From an uncultured Gammaproteobacteria bacterium (lineage in GTDB: Bacteria > Pseudomonadota > Gammaproteobacteria > Steroidobacterales > UBA11654), in assembly GCA_902553145.1 (NCBI GenBank), contig CACDKD010000001.1:89786-153785 (forward strand): a DNA stretch of 64,000 nucleotides. Reading direction: 5' to 3'. Each line of letters begins with the position of its first letter. Position 1 is the stretch's first letter. Below, in pieces: positions 39,384-52,646 of the stretch. A program made the position numbers and the translations under genes. The notes beneath the pieces are model-generated. The model was not told the origin of the DNA. It searched no databases and saw only the letters and a list, made by a program, of their open reading frames with translations.

Positions 39384-40715
39384 TTGAACAAAAAGATAGA
39401 AAAAGTCTCAGGCACAATTGCTGCACTTGCAACAGCAAGAGGCGCAGCAGGAATTGCGGTTACCCGTGTTTCCGGTCCAAATGCAGCCGAAATTTATCGA
39501 AAGATTACAAACAAGGAGCCCGAACACATGAGGGCAAGACACACTGTTTTTTATGGCGACGGCGAAACAAGAATAGACAGCGGCATAGCTCTCTTTTTTA
39601 AGGGACCTGACAGCTATACGGGAGAGGATGTTTTTGAGCTAAGCAGTCACGGTAGCCCAGCCATTATTGACGTTTTATTAGAAAGGCTCTTCATGTTGGG
39701 CAGCAGACAGGCAGAGCCTGGCGAGTTTACAAAGCGCGCCTATTTGAATGATAAAATGGATTTAACCCAAGCAGAAGCGGTTGTCGACTTAATTGAGAGC
39801 GTATCAGCAAGAACCGCTGCAGCAGCAACAAGATCCTTGGTTGGCGAGTTTTCTGAAAAGGTGAACGACATCTCAAAAGCTATTACTGAATTGAGAACCC
39901 TGGTAGAGGCCATGCTTGACTTTTCAGATCAGGACCTAGAGGAAACAAAACACCCAGACGAACTTATACATAAAACAAAAGAAGCAAAAAAAAGCCTTGA
40001 GAAACTGATTGAGCAAACCAGAACAGGCATAAGGTTGAGAGGCGGCATGGTAATGGCAATTGTGGGCGAGCCAAACGTCGGAAAGTCATCACTATTTAAT
40101 AGGATCTGTGGAAATGAAAGAGCAATAGTTAGTAGTGAAGCAGGAACCACTAGAGACATCATTTCAGAAAACATAACAATTGATGGCTTTCCATTAAAGC
40201 TCCTTGATACTGCTGGGCTTAGGAACTCCCAAAACCAAATAGAAAAAGAGGGCGTTAAAAGAGCGATTGAGGCAGGCGAATCTGCAGATATTGTGCTAGA
40301 GGTTGTTGACGCAAGAGAATGGGACCAGAACAAGAAGATAAATAAAAGCATGCTCGCACTGAACAAATCAGACCTGCTGATCAAAAAACAAAAAATAGAT
40401 TCCAACAAAGTATTTCTAATATCTGCTAAAACAGGAGAAGGCATTGACAATCTTCTAGACCATATTGCAGGGCTATTCATGGATGATGACTCATGCGACT
40501 CATCCATTACTGCGAGAAAAAGACATCTAAAGTCGATTAAAGAAGCTCACGAAGCGTTTTGTTCTGCTGAAAGGGGGATCAATGAGGGCCACGCAATGGA
40601 TTTGGTTGCACAAGAACTCCTTGAGGCGCAAAATAGCTTAGCTGAAGTAACAGGCGAGTTCACAACAGAGGATTTGCTTGAGGAAGTTTTTAAAAGTTTT
40701 TGTATAGGCAAGTAG
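39384..40715 (+). CDS. mnmE: tRNA modification GTPase MnmE
   Basis: [30 protein letters not shown] and FCIGK. The likely start is TTG 39384, after the yidC stop. Confidence 0.97.
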   Translation: MNKKIEKVSGTIAALATARGAAGIAVTRVSGPNAAEIYRKITNKEPEHMRARHTVFYGDGETRIDSGIALFFKGPDSYTGEDVFELSSHGSPAIIDVLLERLFMLGSRQAEPGEFTKRAYLNDKMDLTQAEAVVDLIESVSARTAAAATRSLVGEFSEKVNDISKAITELRTLVEAMLDFSDQDLEETKHPDELIHKTKEAKKSLEKLIEQTRTGIRLRGGMVMAIVGEPNVGKSSLFNRICGNERAIVSSEAGTTRDIISENITIDGFPLKLLDTAGLRNSQNQIEKEGVKRAIEAGESADIVLEVVDAREWDQNKKINKSMLALNKSDLLIKKQKIDSNKVFLISAKTGEGIDNLLDHIAGLFMDDDSCDSSITARKRHLKSIKEAHEAFCSAERGINEGHAMDLVAQELLEAQNSLAEVTGEFTTEDLLEEVFKSFCIGK

Positions 40716-42619
40716 TGGCAAACAAAGATAAAAACAAGTTTGAAGCAATTGTTGTTGGCGGCGGACATGCCGGCACAGAGGCAGCTGCTGCTCTATCGAG
40801 AATGGGCCATAAAACACTATTGATTACACACTCAAAGAAAACAATTGGGCAAATGAGCTGCAATCCAGCAATAGGCGGCGTTGGAAAAGGGCATTTGGCA
40901 AAAGAGGTCGATGCAATGGGCGGCCTGATTGCAAAAGCAGCAGACCGAGCCGCAATTCATATCAAGAAACTAAATTCCAGCAAAGGAAAGGCTGTCCAGG
41001 CAACAAGGGCACAAGCAGACAGAGAGCTCTATAAAAAAGCGATACAGGAAATGATCTTTAAACAAAAGAACCTCTTTGTGTTTGAGGCGGCTGCAACAAG
41101 GCTGATCATAGAAGCACAACAAATAAGAGGATTGGAGACAGATGAGGGAAGCAGGTTTTTTTCCGAAACACTTGTGCTTACGGTTGGCACTTTTCTTAAC
41201 GGTGTAATGCACACCGGCAAACAACAAACAAAGGGCGGCAGAAAGGGCGACGCACCATCGATTGCTCTGGCAGACCAACTTCTAGAGATCATGCCAAGAA
41301 CCGGGAGACTAAAAACAGGAACCCCCCCAAGAATTCTTAAGTCCAGCATTGATTTTAAAAAAATGCAGGAACAACCAGGCGACGATCCAAGACCAGTGTT
41401 TTCGTTTATGTCAAAAAGAGAAGATCACCCTGAACAGGTCAGCTGTTTTATTACACATACAAACCAAAAAACACACGAGATTATTCTCAATGCCCTAGAA
41501 GAATCACCAATTTACAAAGGTGTAATCAAGGGTGTTGGGCCAAGATACTGTCCATCAATAGAGGACAAGGTCGTTAGGTTTTCAGAAAAACCAAGGCATC
41601 AAATATTCGTAGAACCCGAGGGTTTGGAAGCCGATGAGGTGTATCCGAATGGAATCTCTACAAGCATTCCTGAAAGCGCCCAAATAAAATTTGTTAGAAC
41701 CATTGAGGGCTTTGAGAATGCTGAAATATCGCAGCCAGGCTATGCCATAGAATACGATTATTTTGATCCAAGAGACCTTGAGACAACACTTGAAACAAGA
41801 AGTGTTTCTGGCCTGTTCTTTGCTGGGCAAATAAACGGCACAACCGGCTATGAAGAAGCAGCAGGCCAGGGGTTGGTGGCAGGGATCAATGCCGCGCTTA
41901 AAATCCAAAACAAACAAGCGTGGTCGCCTAAAAGAAGCGACGCATACTTGGGCGTCTTGGTTGATGACCTAATCACAAGAGGCACAAATGAACCCTATAG
42001 AATGTTTACCAGCCGAGCAGAACACAGGTTGATGCTAAGAGAGGATAACGCGGATAGGAGGCTGACGCCTTACGCCAGAAGCATAGGGCTTATTTCTAAC
42101 CAAAGATGGGAGAAATATGCCGAAAAACAAAAAAGGTTTGAGGACGAAATAGGGAGGCTTAAAAGCCTAAAAGTTACTAGAGAACAACTAAAACTGATTG
42201 ATGCAGAATCTAAAAAAGACGACGCAAGCAAAACCGCTTTTGAGCTACTTAAAAGACCAGCGGTTACATACAACATGGTCACAAAAGAAATAGGAGCAAG
42301 AGATAACTATCAGCCATCGAAATTACTTGAACAAACAATCGATGAGTTGATTGAAACAGAAGCAAAGTATGAGGGGTATCTTAAGCGCCAAAAAAGAGAG
42401 ATTGAGAACCAAGAAAAATACTCTAATATAAGATTACCAAAAGACATTGATTATTCGAGCCTTCCGGGGCTTTCGAATGAGGTCAGACAAAAACTTAAAG
42501 AGTTTGAGCCGCCCACAATCGGTCATGCGGCACAAATACAAGGGATAACGCCTGCATCTATATCGGTACTTATGGTCCACCTCAAAAAACAACAAATAAA
42601 AAGAGCGGAGGGAATGTGA
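40715..42619 (+). CDS. mnmG: tRNA uridine 5-carboxymethylaminomethyl modification enzyme
   Basis: [35 protein letters not shown] and [15 protein letters not shown] start overlaps the mnmE stop. Confidence 0.98.
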   Translation: MANKDKNKFEAIVVGGGHAGTEAAAALSRMGHKTLLITHSKKTIGQMSCNPAIGGVGKGHLAKEVDAMGGLIAKAADRAAIHIKKLNSSKGKAVQATRAQADRELYKKAIQEMIFKQKNLFVFEAAATRLIIEAQQIRGLETDEGSRFFSETLVLTVGTFLNGVMHTGKQQTKGGRKGDAPSIALADQLLEIMPRTGRLKTGTPPRILKSSIDFKKMQEQPGDDPRPVFSFMSKREDHPEQVSCFITHTNQKTHEIILNALEESPIYKGVIKGVGPRYCPSIEDKVVRFSEKPRHQIFVEPEGLEADEVYPNGISTSIPESAQIKFVRTIEGFENAEISQPGYAIEYDYFDPRDLETTLETRSVSGLFFAGQINGTTGYEEAAGQGLVAGINAALKIQNKQAWSPKRSDAYLGVLVDDLITRGTNEPYRMFTSRAEHRLMLREDNADRRLTPYARSIGLISNQRWEKYAEKQKRFEDEIGRLKSLKVTREQLKLIDAESKKDDASKTAFELLKRPAVTYNMVTKEIGARDNYQPSKLLEQTIDELIETEAKYEGYLKRQKREIENQEKYSNIRLPKDIDYSSLPGLSNEVRQKLKEFEPPTIGHAAQIQGITPASISVLMVHLKKQQIKRAEGM

Positions 42620-44274
42620 AAAACAGAATCACTACTTTAATGTTTGGGCTTATTTTATTTGGTTGCGGCCCAAGCGGCGACAATGAAACAACCACAAAAC
42701 AACTTCTTGTTGGCGGGGCTTCAGGCACAGAGCTTGCTGTGGACCAAGTGTTTAGAAAAAACAATGGTTCTGACCCAGGAACACTTGATCCACATAGGGC
42801 TGAAGGCGTCCCCGCATCAAATGTTTTAAGAGATCTATATGAGGGGCTTGTATCTGAGGAAGCAAACGGAAACTATATACCCGGGGTTGCGGAATCCTGG
42901 ACAATATCCGATGACGGAAAAACATACCGTTTTAAAATCAGAGATAACGCATTTTGGAGCAATGGAGATAGAATTGTTGCCGAGGATTTTGTCTTTTCTC
43001 TAAGAAGGAGTGTCGACCCACAAACACTATCAAACTATTCTAGCATGCTGTACCCAATCAAAAATGCTAGAGGCGTCGTGTTGGGAAAACTATCGCCAGA
43101 TGTTCTCGGGGTGTCTGCCGAGGGCGATAAAATTCTAGTTATTCAGCTAGAAGAACCTACACCATATTTCATAAGCCTGCTCACACACTCAACCACATAC
43201 CCCGTTCACCCTCCATCAGTAAAAAAACACGGCTCAGCTTTTACAAGACCTGAGAATATGATCAGCAACGGGGCATTCACGCTCAGCAACTGGAGAATCC
43301 AAGACTACATCTTGTTGACTAGAAATGAAAAATACTGGGACGATGCAAACACCACGCTTAGCGAAGTTTATTATTATCCATTAGACAACCCCGATGCATC
43401 TTTAAGGCGCTATAGGGCAAATGAGCTAGACTTCACAGACACAACACCAAGCGAGCAACTTCCCTGGATTAAAAAAAACCTAAATGATGAGCTCAACATA
43501 ACCCCATATTTTGGAAGCTATTACTATGGTTTCAATAACACAAAACCACCATTTAAAGACAACCCTCAGCTCAGAATGGCGCTCTCTTTGGCTGTAAACA
43601 GAAGCATTATCACAGACGTGGTTTTGGGGGCGGGACAAATACCCGCATTCACATTTGTTCCTCCGGTAAAAGAATACCAAGGAAAAAAACCAACTTGGGC
43701 AAACCTAACACAAGAAGAGAGAGAAAGTCTTGCGATGGACTTTTATCTTCAGGCGGGATATAGCAAGAGCAAACCGCTTAGTATTGAAATTATCTACAAT
43801 ACCAGCGAAAACCACAAAAGAGTTGCCTTAGCGGTCGCATCTATGTGGAAAAAGGTTTTGGGCGTTGAAACAAAACTAAGAAACCAAGAATGGAAAGTTT
43901 TTTTAGAAACCAGAAGGTTGCAAGAAGAAACTGAAATATTCAGAGGCGGTTGGATTGGTGATTACGATGACCCGTACACATTTTCAGAACTGCTTCATTC
44001 TGAAAACGAAATGAACCATTCTGGATACGAGAGCGCTGAATACGACGCACTTCTGAAATCAGCTTCTTTGAAACCAGCAGGAAAAGACCGATTGAATGAC
44101 TTGCTCCAAGCGGAACAAATAATGCTGAATGATATGCCAGTGATACCTTTATACTTCTATGTCAGCCAACACCTTATAAAACCCTGGGTAAGTGGCTTAG
44201 AAGGGAATGTAATGGATCACCATTACTCAAAGTATGTCAAAATTTTAAAGACAGAAACCATTAGTAGTGAGTAA
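42616..44274 (+). CDS. oppA: Oligopeptide ABC transporter substrate-binding lipoprotein
   Basis: Lipobox LFGC, TLDP, LYEGL, WSNGD and RGGWIGDY. Confidence 0.92.
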   Translation: MKNRITTLMFGLILFGCGPSGDNETTTKQLLVGGASGTELAVDQVFRKNNGSDPGTLDPHRAEGVPASNVLRDLYEGLVSEEANGNYIPGVAESWTISDDGKTYRFKIRDNAFWSNGDRIVAEDFVFSLRRSVDPQTLSNYSSMLYPIKNARGVVLGKLSPDVLGVSAEGDKILVIQLEEPTPYFISLLTHSTTYPVHPPSVKKHGSAFTRPENMISNGAFTLSNWRIQDYILLTRNEKYWDDANTTLSEVYYYPLDNPDASLRRYRANELDFTDTTPSEQLPWIKKNLNDELNITPYFGSYYYGFNNTKPPFKDNPQLRMALSLAVNRSIITDVVLGAGQIPAFTFVPPVKEYQGKKPTWANLTQEERESLAMDFYLQAGYSKSKPLSIEIIYNTSENHKRVALAVASMWKKVLGVETKLRNQEWKVFLETRRLQEETEIFRGGWIGDYDDPYTFSELLHSENEMNHSGYESAEYDALLKSASLKPAGKDRLNDLLQAEQIMLNDMPVIPLYFYVSQHLIKPWVSGLEGNVMDHHYSKYVKILKTETISSE

Positions 44275-45199
44275 TTTTCGCTTTGTCGTCGGCAGATTTT
44301 TAGGTGCAATACCCACCCTGTTGATTCTTATATGTTTAGCCTTCTTTCTGGTCAAGGCAGCTCCAGGCGGACCCTTTGATTTCGAGCGCTCATTACCAGA
44401 AGAGGTTGAGGCAAACTTGAGGGCAGCATATAACTTAGATGAGCCAGTGTATCTCCAGTTGGTCAAGTATATTGGGGATCTTTTGCAGGGAGATTTCGGG
44501 CCATCTTTTCAATATCGAGACTATACAGTTACAGAGTTGATTTCTACAGGATTCCCCGTTTCCCTACGCTTGGGAGTCGCCGCAATTTTATTGGCCTTAT
44601 TTTTTGGTTCCTTGATAGGCTCTGTGGCGGCACTTAACCAAAACAGCAAGCTAGATTATAGCGTCATGTTTTTTGGGATGATTGGTATTTCAATCCCCAA
44701 CTTTGTCATGGCCCCACTGCTTGTTCTGTTCTTCTCAATAGGATTAAAAGCCCTACCCGCTGGCGGCTATAACGGCGGAGATTTTTACCACATGGTTCTC
44801 CCTGTCATCTCCTTGGCGCTTCCACAAATGGCATACATTGCTAGGCTAACCAGAGGCTCTATGATTGAGGTTCTAAGCAGTAATTTTGTGAGAACTGCAA
44901 AAGCACAAGGCCTGTCAACCAGAACAATACTTTTGTCTCATGTGCTTAAGCCAACCTTTCTCCCAGTGGTTTCATACCTAGGTCCAGCGACAGCCGCAAT
45001 TATTACAGGCTCAGTTGTGGTTGAGCAAATATTTGGTCTGCCAGGGCTTGGTAGGTACTTTGTTCAAGGAGCGCTCAATAGAGACTATACCTTGGTGATG
45101 GGGGTCGTGGTTTTCTATGGTTGCTTAATCATCTTTTTCAATCTAATTGTAGACACATTGTACGGCTTTATTGATCCCAAAATTAAACAGAACAGATGA
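44267..45199 (+). CDS. oppB: Oligopeptide ABC transporter permease
   Basis: APGGPF, GDFGPS, FVRTAKAQG and NRDYTLV. Confidence 0.93.
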   Translation: MSNFRFVVGRFLGAIPTLLILICLAFFLVKAAPGGPFDFERSLPEEVEANLRAAYNLDEPVYLQLVKYIGDLLQGDFGPSFQYRDYTVTELISTGFPVSLRLGVAAILLALFFGSLIGSVAALNQNSKLDYSVMFFGMIGISIPNFVMAPLLVLFFSIGLKALPAGGYNGGDFYHMVLPVISLALPQMAYIARLTRGSMIEVLSSNFVRTAKAQGLSTRTILLSHVLKPTFLPVVSYLGPATAAIITGSVVVEQIFGLPGLGRYFVQGALNRDYTLVMGVVVFYGCLIIFFNLIVDTLYGFIDPKIKQNR

Positions 45200-46065
45200 A
45201 AAATACAAACTCATTATTAAACGATGCATGGGCAGCGCTTTCAAAAAATAAAGCAGCTCTTATCTCTGCTACCACAATGGCGGCAATGGTTCTTATGGTT
45301 TTGTTTGGACCAATTTTTAGCCCTTATACAATTGACGAAACAGACTGGTACAAGATTTCAGCCGCACCATCATTATTAGACGGCCATATTTTTGGAACAG
45401 ACGATCTAGGCAGAGATTTGTTTGTAAGAACAATGTATGGCGGAAGAATTTCACTTATGGTTGGCCTAGTTGCAACAATGGTAAGTGTGATGATAGGTGT
45501 AACGTATGGAGCAGTAGCTGGTTTTATGGGGGGTAGGATCGATTCGCTAATGATGAGGTTCGTGGATGTTTTGTATGCAATGCCTTTTTTGTTTTTTGTT
45601 ATCTTATTAATGGTCTTTTTTGGGCGCAGCATTTTCTTAATCTTTGTCGCAATTGGCGCCGTGAACTGGCTTGATATTGCAAGGATTGTAAGAGGCCAAA
45701 CACTCAATATAAAAGGAAAGGAGTTTGTTGATGCAGCCAAAACGGGCGGCGTTTCAACGATTAAAATTATTATGAAACATGTTGTTCCAAACCTACTTGG
45801 CGTGGTTGTTGTTTATGTAGCGCTCACTGTGCCCCAAGTGATTCTTGTGGAATCGTTTCTCAGCTTCCTAGGCTTAGGGGTTCAAGAGCCAATGACATCA
45901 TGGGGCGCGCTTGTAAATCAGGGCGCAAGACAAATGGAGTCCTCTCCATGGATGCTTTTATTCCCTGCCTTGTTCTTAGCCACCACATTGTTTTGCTTTA
46001 ACTTCATTGGAGACGGGCTGAGAGACGCACTTGACCCAAAAGACAGGACAAGAGGAAATGACTGA
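45196..46065 (+). CDS. oppC: Oligopeptide ABC transporter permease
   Basis: FGTDDLGRD, EFVDAA, ESFLSFLGLG and GDGLRDALDPK. Confidence 0.93.
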   Translation: MKNTNSLLNDAWAALSKNKAALISATTMAAMVLMVLFGPIFSPYTIDETDWYKISAAPSLLDGHIFGTDDLGRDLFVRTMYGGRISLMVGLVATMVSVMIGVTYGAVAGFMGGRIDSLMMRFVDVLYAMPFLFFVILLMVFFGRSIFLIFVAIGAVNWLDIARIVRGQTLNIKGKEFVDAAKTGGVSTIKIIMKHVVPNLLGVVVVYVALTVPQVILVESFLSFLGLGVQEPMTSWGALVNQGARQMESSPWMLLFPALFLATTLFCFNFIGDGLRDALDPKDRTRGND

Positions 46066-47722
46066 TCTTTTATTGACAAAAAAACTAAACGTTAAGTTCA
46101 GAAGCAGAGGCGAGATAATCCATGCGGTTAATGACCTTAGTTTTAAACTAAGTGACGATGAGATTTTGGGAATCGTTGGAGAGTCTGGTTCTGGAAAGAG
46201 CCAAACCGTCCTCTCCATCATGGGCCTTCTTGAAACGAACGGAAGCGCCACAGGCAGCTGTGTTTTTACCAATAAAGAATTAATCAACCTTCCTTCCGGC
46301 GAGCTGAATAAAATCAGAGGCAATGAGATTGCTATGATCTTTCAGGACCCGATGAGCTCGCTGAACCCATATATTACAGTTGGCAAACAAATGTCAGGGG
46401 TTCTCAAAAGACACACAAAAATGAACAATAAAGAAATAAAAGAAAGATGCATAGATATGCTCGATTCTGTTGGTATCAGCAAGCCCCAAGAAAGGTTCGA
46501 CGGATACTCTTTTGAACTTTCTGGAGGTATGAGACAAAGAGTGATGATTGCATCAGCACTCCTAACAAACCCAAAACTGCTGATAGCAGACGAGCCAACC
46601 ACTGCATTAGATGTGACCGTACAGGAAAAAATATTGGACCTTATTTTAGATGTGAAAGAACGATTCAAAATGTCGGTGATCATGATTACTCATGATCTAG
46701 GCGTTGTTGCAAGGACATGTGATCAGGTATTGGTAATGAAGAATGGCAAATTACAAGAAAGCGGAAATGTTGAAGCCATATTTTATTCTCCACAAGCCGA
46801 CTACACAAAAGAACTACTTGAAAAATCAAAAGAAATAAACCTAGACGAACAGCAAAAATACTCAGAAACCCAAGATGCCAACATTAAGAACAGTTTGGTT
46901 AAGTCGACAAAGGCAAAGGTGAATTTTGTTCTACCTAAAAAAGCGCTTTTTTCAACAGAAAACATATTAACCGCAGTGAATGAAATATCAATGGAGACCC
47001 TTGAGGGCGAGGTTTTGGGGGTGGTTGGGGAGTCTGGAAGCGGAAAATCAACGCTGGCAAAAACAATACTAGGGCTTCAAAAGCTATCCTCCGGTCAGGT
47101 CGAAGTTTTTGGTCAAAGGCTTACAGAAATCAACAAAAAAGAACTCAAAGAAATTCGAAAAAAAATGCAAGTTGTTTTCCAGGACCCCTTTTCTTCTCTT
47201 AACCCAAGAATGACTGTTTTTGAGATCCTAAAAGAACCCCTTGATTCATTCTTTCCTTCAATGACCAAAGAGTCTGCGCAGAAAGATATAGAAGACGGCC
47301 TAATGGAGGTTGGTCTAAAACCTGAATACTTAGGCAGATACCCTCATGAGCTTTCAGGGGGGCAATGTCAACGAGTTGCAATTGCAAGAGCCCTTATGCC
47401 AAAGCCTCAACTATTGATATGTGATGAAGCTGTCAGCGCCCTAGACGCATCAATTAGGGGGGAGATCATTGATCTTCTGCTCAGAATTAAAGCAGAGAAA
47501 AAACTGACCATGATTTTTATTGCCCACGACCTTGCGGTGGTGAGAAAGATATGCGACAGGGTAATTGTTATGCAATCAGGAAAGATAGTTGAGCAAGGCC
47601 CAACAGAGAAAGTATTTTTTGAGCCGGAAAAAGAATACACTGCTAACCTATTAAGCGCAGTTCCCACTCCAGACCCAAAAATGGAAAGAGAAAAACACAC
47701 TAAAAGAGTTCAAGCAAAATAG
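46058..47722 (+). CDS. Peptide ABC transporter ATP-binding protein, fused OppD/OppF (two ABC domains)
   Basis: Two GESGSGKS Walker A motifs, two LSGG signatures, DEPT and DEAV. ATG 46058 has an AGAGGA SD. Confidence 0.92.
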   Translation: MTDLLLTKKLNVKFRSRGEIIHAVNDLSFKLSDDEILGIVGESGSGKSQTVLSIMGLLETNGSATGSCVFTNKELINLPSGELNKIRGNEIAMIFQDPMSSLNPYITVGKQMSGVLKRHTKMNNKEIKERCIDMLDSVGISKPQERFDGYSFELSGGMRQRVMIASALLTNPKLLIADEPTTALDVTVQEKILDLILDVKERFKMSVIMITHDLGVVARTCDQVLVMKNGKLQESGNVEAIFYSPQADYTKELLEKSKEINLDEQQKYSETQDANIKNSLVKSTKAKVNFVLPKKALFSTENILTAVNEISMETLEGEVLGVVGESGSGKSTLAKTILGLQKLSSGQVEVFGQRLTEINKKELKEIRKKMQVVFQDPFSSLNPRMTVFEILKEPLDSFFPSMTKESAQKDIEDGLMEVGLKPEYLGRYPHELSGGQCQRVAIARALMPKPQLLICDEAVSALDASIRGEIIDLLLRIKAEKKLTMIFIAHDLAVVRKICDRVIVMQSGKIVEQGPTEKVFFEPEKEYTANLLSAVPTPDPKMEREKHTKRVQAK

Positions 47723-47743
47723 AAAAAACACAGAGGAGAAAAG

Positions 47744-48742
47744 ATGTCTTCAATACCAAATCAATTTAACTGCTTTAGAATAAACCAAGAAGAGGAAAAA
47801 ATTATCTCTGGCATAGAAACGATTGGGATTGAGGATATAAACCCAGGAGAGGTAACGCTTAAAACAGAATACTCAAGCATTAACTATAAAGATGCTCTCG
47901 CAGCAACTGGCGCTGGAAAGATACTCAGAAAATTCCCCCTCATCGGCGGCGTTGATGTTGCAGGGGAGGTCGTAGAAAGCGAAGACCCAAGATTTAAAAC
48001 AGGAGATAAGGTTATTGCCGCATGCTCTGGCCTAAGCGAAACAAATGATGGCGGCTACACTGAATTCGCCCGCATAAGCAGTGAGGCAGCAATACAACTA
48101 CCTCAAAAAATAGATACAAAAACTGCCATGGCTATAGGAACAGCAGGTTTTGCTGCAGGGCTTGCAATTTTTAAGATGAAGCTAAACAAACAAACCCCCG
48201 AAATGGGCCCCATTGTGGTAACAGGCGCTACCGGCGGAGTTGGAAGCATCGCGATTGACATGCTATCTTCTTCGGGATTTGAAACAACAGCGATTACAAG
48301 AAAGAAAACACACAATGAATACCTAGAGTCAATTGGAACCACTAATATTCTATGCCTTGAAGACATGGAAATTGGTGAAAGACCGCTTGAAAAAGCACAG
48401 TTTGGTGGAGGCATAGACAATGTTGGGGGAGATCTGCTCTCTTGGGTTTTAAGATCCACAGTGCCTGAGGGCAATGTTGCAAGCATAGGTTTGGCTGCAG
48501 ATTTTAAACTCCCAACCAATGTCATGCCCTTTATATTGAGAGGAGTCAATCTTTTGGGGGTAAACTCAACAACACTTCCAAATGCATTCAAGCAAGAAGT
48601 TTGGGACGACATTGCAAACAATATGTCACCCAAAAACATTCAAGGCATTGTTACCAAAGAGGTTACGCTAAAGGAGCTTCCAGAGCAATTCCAGGCGTTT
48701 CTGGATGGAAGCATTGTTGGCAGAGTTTTGGTGAAGGTCTGA
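47744..48742 (+). CDS. acuI: Acrylyl-CoA reductase / YhdH-type MDR oxidoreductase
   Basis: YSSINYKDALA, GTAGF, TGATGGVGS and PFILRGV. Confidence 0.8.
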   Translation: MSSIPNQFNCFRINQEEEKIISGIETIGIEDINPGEVTLKTEYSSINYKDALAATGAGKILRKFPLIGGVDVAGEVVESEDPRFKTGDKVIAACSGLSETNDGGYTEFARISSEAAIQLPQKIDTKTAMAIGTAGFAAGLAIFKMKLNKQTPEMGPIVVTGATGGVGSIAIDMLSSSGFETTAITRKKTHNEYLESIGTTNILCLEDMEIGERPLEKAQFGGGIDNVGGDLLSWVLRSTVPEGNVASIGLAADFKLPTNVMPFILRGVNLLGVNSTTLPNAFKQEVWDDIANNMSPKNIQGIVTKEVTLKELPEQFQAFLDGSIVGRVLVKV

Positions 48743-49371
48743 AACTCTCAAAAAGCGACAAAGAATTGCTAAAAAAAGGCTCTATCGCCTTGGGGCTGAA
48801 ACAGTCAGATGAGAGCATACATAAGCAAACCTTATACCTAGAACTGCTTTTAGAGGCGAACAAGAACATCAGTCTTACAGGAATTAAAAGCCCAAAAGAA
48901 GCGGTCATAAAACACACAATTGACTCTTTGAGTGTTTCAAGCGCGATTGAGGGGGAGAAAATAGTTGACATTGGTTCGGGGGGTGGAACACCAGGAATTC
49001 CACTGGCAATCGCAAACCCAGATAAAAAATTCTATTTAATTGACTCGGTTTTAAAAAAAATAAAGTTTTTGGATGAGGCAGTGAAAGTACTCGAGCTCGA
49101 TAATATTGAAACCATTTGCGATAGGGGCGAGAACATAAACAAAATTTCTGCCGACACAGCAGTGTCAAGAGCATTTGGATCTCTCAATTACTTAATTGAA
49201 TCATCAAAAAACATGGTTTCTAAAAATGGCCTTTTTTTGGCAATGAAGGGCAAGATCAATCAAGAGGAGATCAGCGATCTCGTGACGGGCTTCAGTGTTC
49301 TACAAATTCAAGAAATTGAGGTACCCTATTTGAAAGCAACAAGACATTTCGTCTTTATCAAAAGAAAGTAA
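48739..49371 (+). CDS. rsmG: 16S rRNA m7G527 methyltransferase (start CTG 48739 or TTG 48766)
   Basis: NISLT, H..DSL, DIGSGGGTPGIPLAI, SRAF and MKG; precedes parA. Confidence 0.93.
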   Translation: MKLSKSDKELLKKGSIALGLKQSDESIHKQTLYLELLLEANKNISLTGIKSPKEAVIKHTIDSLSVSSAIEGEKIVDIGSGGGTPGIPLAIANPDKKFYLIDSVLKKIKFLDEAVKVLELDNIETICDRGENINKISADTAVSRAFGSLNYLIESSKNMVSKNGLFLAMKGKINQEEISDLVTGFSVLQIQEIEVPYLKATRHFVFIKRK

Positions 49372-50142
49372 ATGGCAAATATTATAGTAATTGCAAATCA
49401 AAAGGGCGGGGTCGGAAAAACCACAACATCCATTAATCTCGCCGCCGCATTAGCAGAAATTGGCAAGAAAACACTGTTGGTTGATCTTGACTCGCAAGGC
49501 AATGCCTCCAGCGCATGTGGGCTTAACCAAGATGAGATATCACCGACTATTTATGATTTGTTAATGGGAGAGGCTGGAGCAAAAGAATGCATTAAGAGAT
49601 CAAAGGAAGATGGCTTTGATATTATTCCCTCAAACAGGGACCTAATGGCAGCAGAGATACAACTTTTAGAGCTTGATGAAAGAGAGTTGGTTTTAAAAAA
49701 AGCACTCGAGAATGTTACAGAGCTATATGATTTCATCATCATTGATTCTCCGCCTTCAATGAATATATTGACCTTGAACGCACTTTCATTTGCTAAAAAC
49801 CTAATCATACCAGTGCAGTGTGAGTATTATGCTCTTGAGGGAATGACGGGCATGCTGGAATCAATTTATCAAATAAAAGACAGTGTAAACCCTAAACTTG
49901 ACTTTATGGGAGTGGTTAGAACCATGTATGACAGCAGAAACAGTTTAGCTATTGAGGTTTCTGCACAACTTAAAAAATATTTTGATGACAAGCTGTTTTG
50001 GACCTTTATACCTAGGAACGTTCGTCTTGCAGAGGCACCAAGTCACGGCATGTCAGCCTTGAGGTATGACCCAAGTTGCTCCGGCTCAAAGGCATACCTA
50101 TCTCTTGCCAAAGAGGTTGCCAAAAAAACCATGGAATCGTGA
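49372..50142 (+). CDS. parA: Chromosome partitioning ATPase ParA
   Basis: NQKGGVGKTT, DLDSQGN, PVQCEYYALEG and IPRNVRLAEAPS. Confidence 0.97.
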   Translation: MANIIVIANQKGGVGKTTTSINLAAALAEIGKKTLLVDLDSQGNASSACGLNQDEISPTIYDLLMGEAGAKECIKRSKEDGFDIIPSNRDLMAAEIQLLELDERELVLKKALENVTELYDFIIIDSPPSMNILTLNALSFAKNLIIPVQCEYYALEGMTGMLESIYQIKDSVNPKLDFMGVVRTMYDSRNSLAIEVSAQLKKYFDDKLFWTFIPRNVRLAEAPSHGMSALRYDPSCSGSKAYLSLAKEVAKKTMES

Positions 50143-50165
50143 ACGATCGAGGTTAAAATAAAATC

Positions 50166-51044
50166 ATGTCAGACAAAAGAAAAAGTCTAGGTAGGGGCTT
50201 AGATGCCTTGCTTGGGCAATCAGTCGAAGCCGAACCAAAAAACAGTAAACAAGGACTGACAGAAATTAAGCTAGAGCAAATTGGACCAGGCCCATTTCAA
50301 CCTAGAAAACAGATTGATGAGCCCCAACTCAAAGAGCTTGCACAATCAATCCAAGCACAAGGCGTTATCCAACCAATCGTTGTTAGAGAGAGAGCCGTAA
50401 CAGACTCTCATACGGGCGTTAAATTTGAGATCATTGCGGGCGAGAGAAGGTGGAGGGCATCACAAATTGCTGGCTTAGAAACCATTCCAGCAGTGGTGAG
50501 AGCCATCGCTGACTCAGAAGCAGTTGCTGTTGCCTTGATTGAAAACATACAAAGAGAGAACCTAAACCCGCTCGAGGAGGCGAACGCATTCCAACGCCTG
50601 ATAATAGAGTATGAAATGAGCCACCAAGAAGTTGCAAATGCTGTGGGAAGAGCTCGAGCAAGCGTCAGCAATGCCCTCAGACTTCTTGATTTACCAGGCG
50701 GTGTCCAGGAACTTGTTAATAAGAAAGAGCTAACAATGGGACACGCTAGAGCCTTGCTTTCTATTCAAAACAAAAGCATGCAACTAGAGTTGGCAAACCT
50801 TATTGTCGAGAAAGGACTTTCCGTCAGAGAGGCAGAGAACCTGGTGAGAAAAATTGTTGATAAGAAAAAAGCGATCAAATCAAAAACAAGCTCAGACCCA
50901 GACATTCAAAGACTTGAAAATGACCTAACCAACCAACTTGGAGCAAAGGTTACAATCAAACATAAAAAATCTGGGGCAGGAACATTAAGTATTAAGTACT
51001 CAAGCACAGATGAGCTCGAAGGCATACTCTCCAAAATTAAATAA
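50166..51044 (+). CDS. parB: Chromosome partitioning protein ParB
   Basis: LGRGLDALL, QPR, IIAGERRWRA and ENIQRENL. Confidence 0.97.
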   Translation: MSDKRKSLGRGLDALLGQSVEAEPKNSKQGLTEIKLEQIGPGPFQPRKQIDEPQLKELAQSIQAQGVIQPIVVRERAVTDSHTGVKFEIIAGERRWRASQIAGLETIPAVVRAIADSEAVAVALIENIQRENLNPLEEANAFQRLIIEYEMSHQEVANAVGRARASVSNALRLLDLPGGVQELVNKKELTMGHARALLSIQNKSMQLELANLIVEKGLSVREAENLVRKIVDKKKAIKSKTSSDPDIQRLENDLTNQLGAKVTIKHKKSGAGTLSIKYSSTDELEGILSKIK

Positions 51045-51052
51045 ATAAAAAA

Positions 51053-52343
<1,291 letters not shown>

Positions 52344-52374
52344 TATTTTAACTATTTAATAAATAAGGAGATAA

Positions 52375-52623
<249 letters not shown>

Positions 52624-52646
52624 CGAACCATTAAACGGATAAGGAT

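Noticed and set aside
39929..40507. Long antisense ORFs (e.g. 39929-40507, 48103-48639, 31921-32352, 36541-36978)
   Set aside because: They are shadows of conserved genes on the opposite strand, with Ser/Phe/Leu-rich composition and no motifs.
40700..40730. E. coli-type oriC beside mnmG, or an island at the mnmE 3' end
   Set aside because: mnmE and mnmG overlap, with no intergenic DNA, DnaA boxes or integrase.
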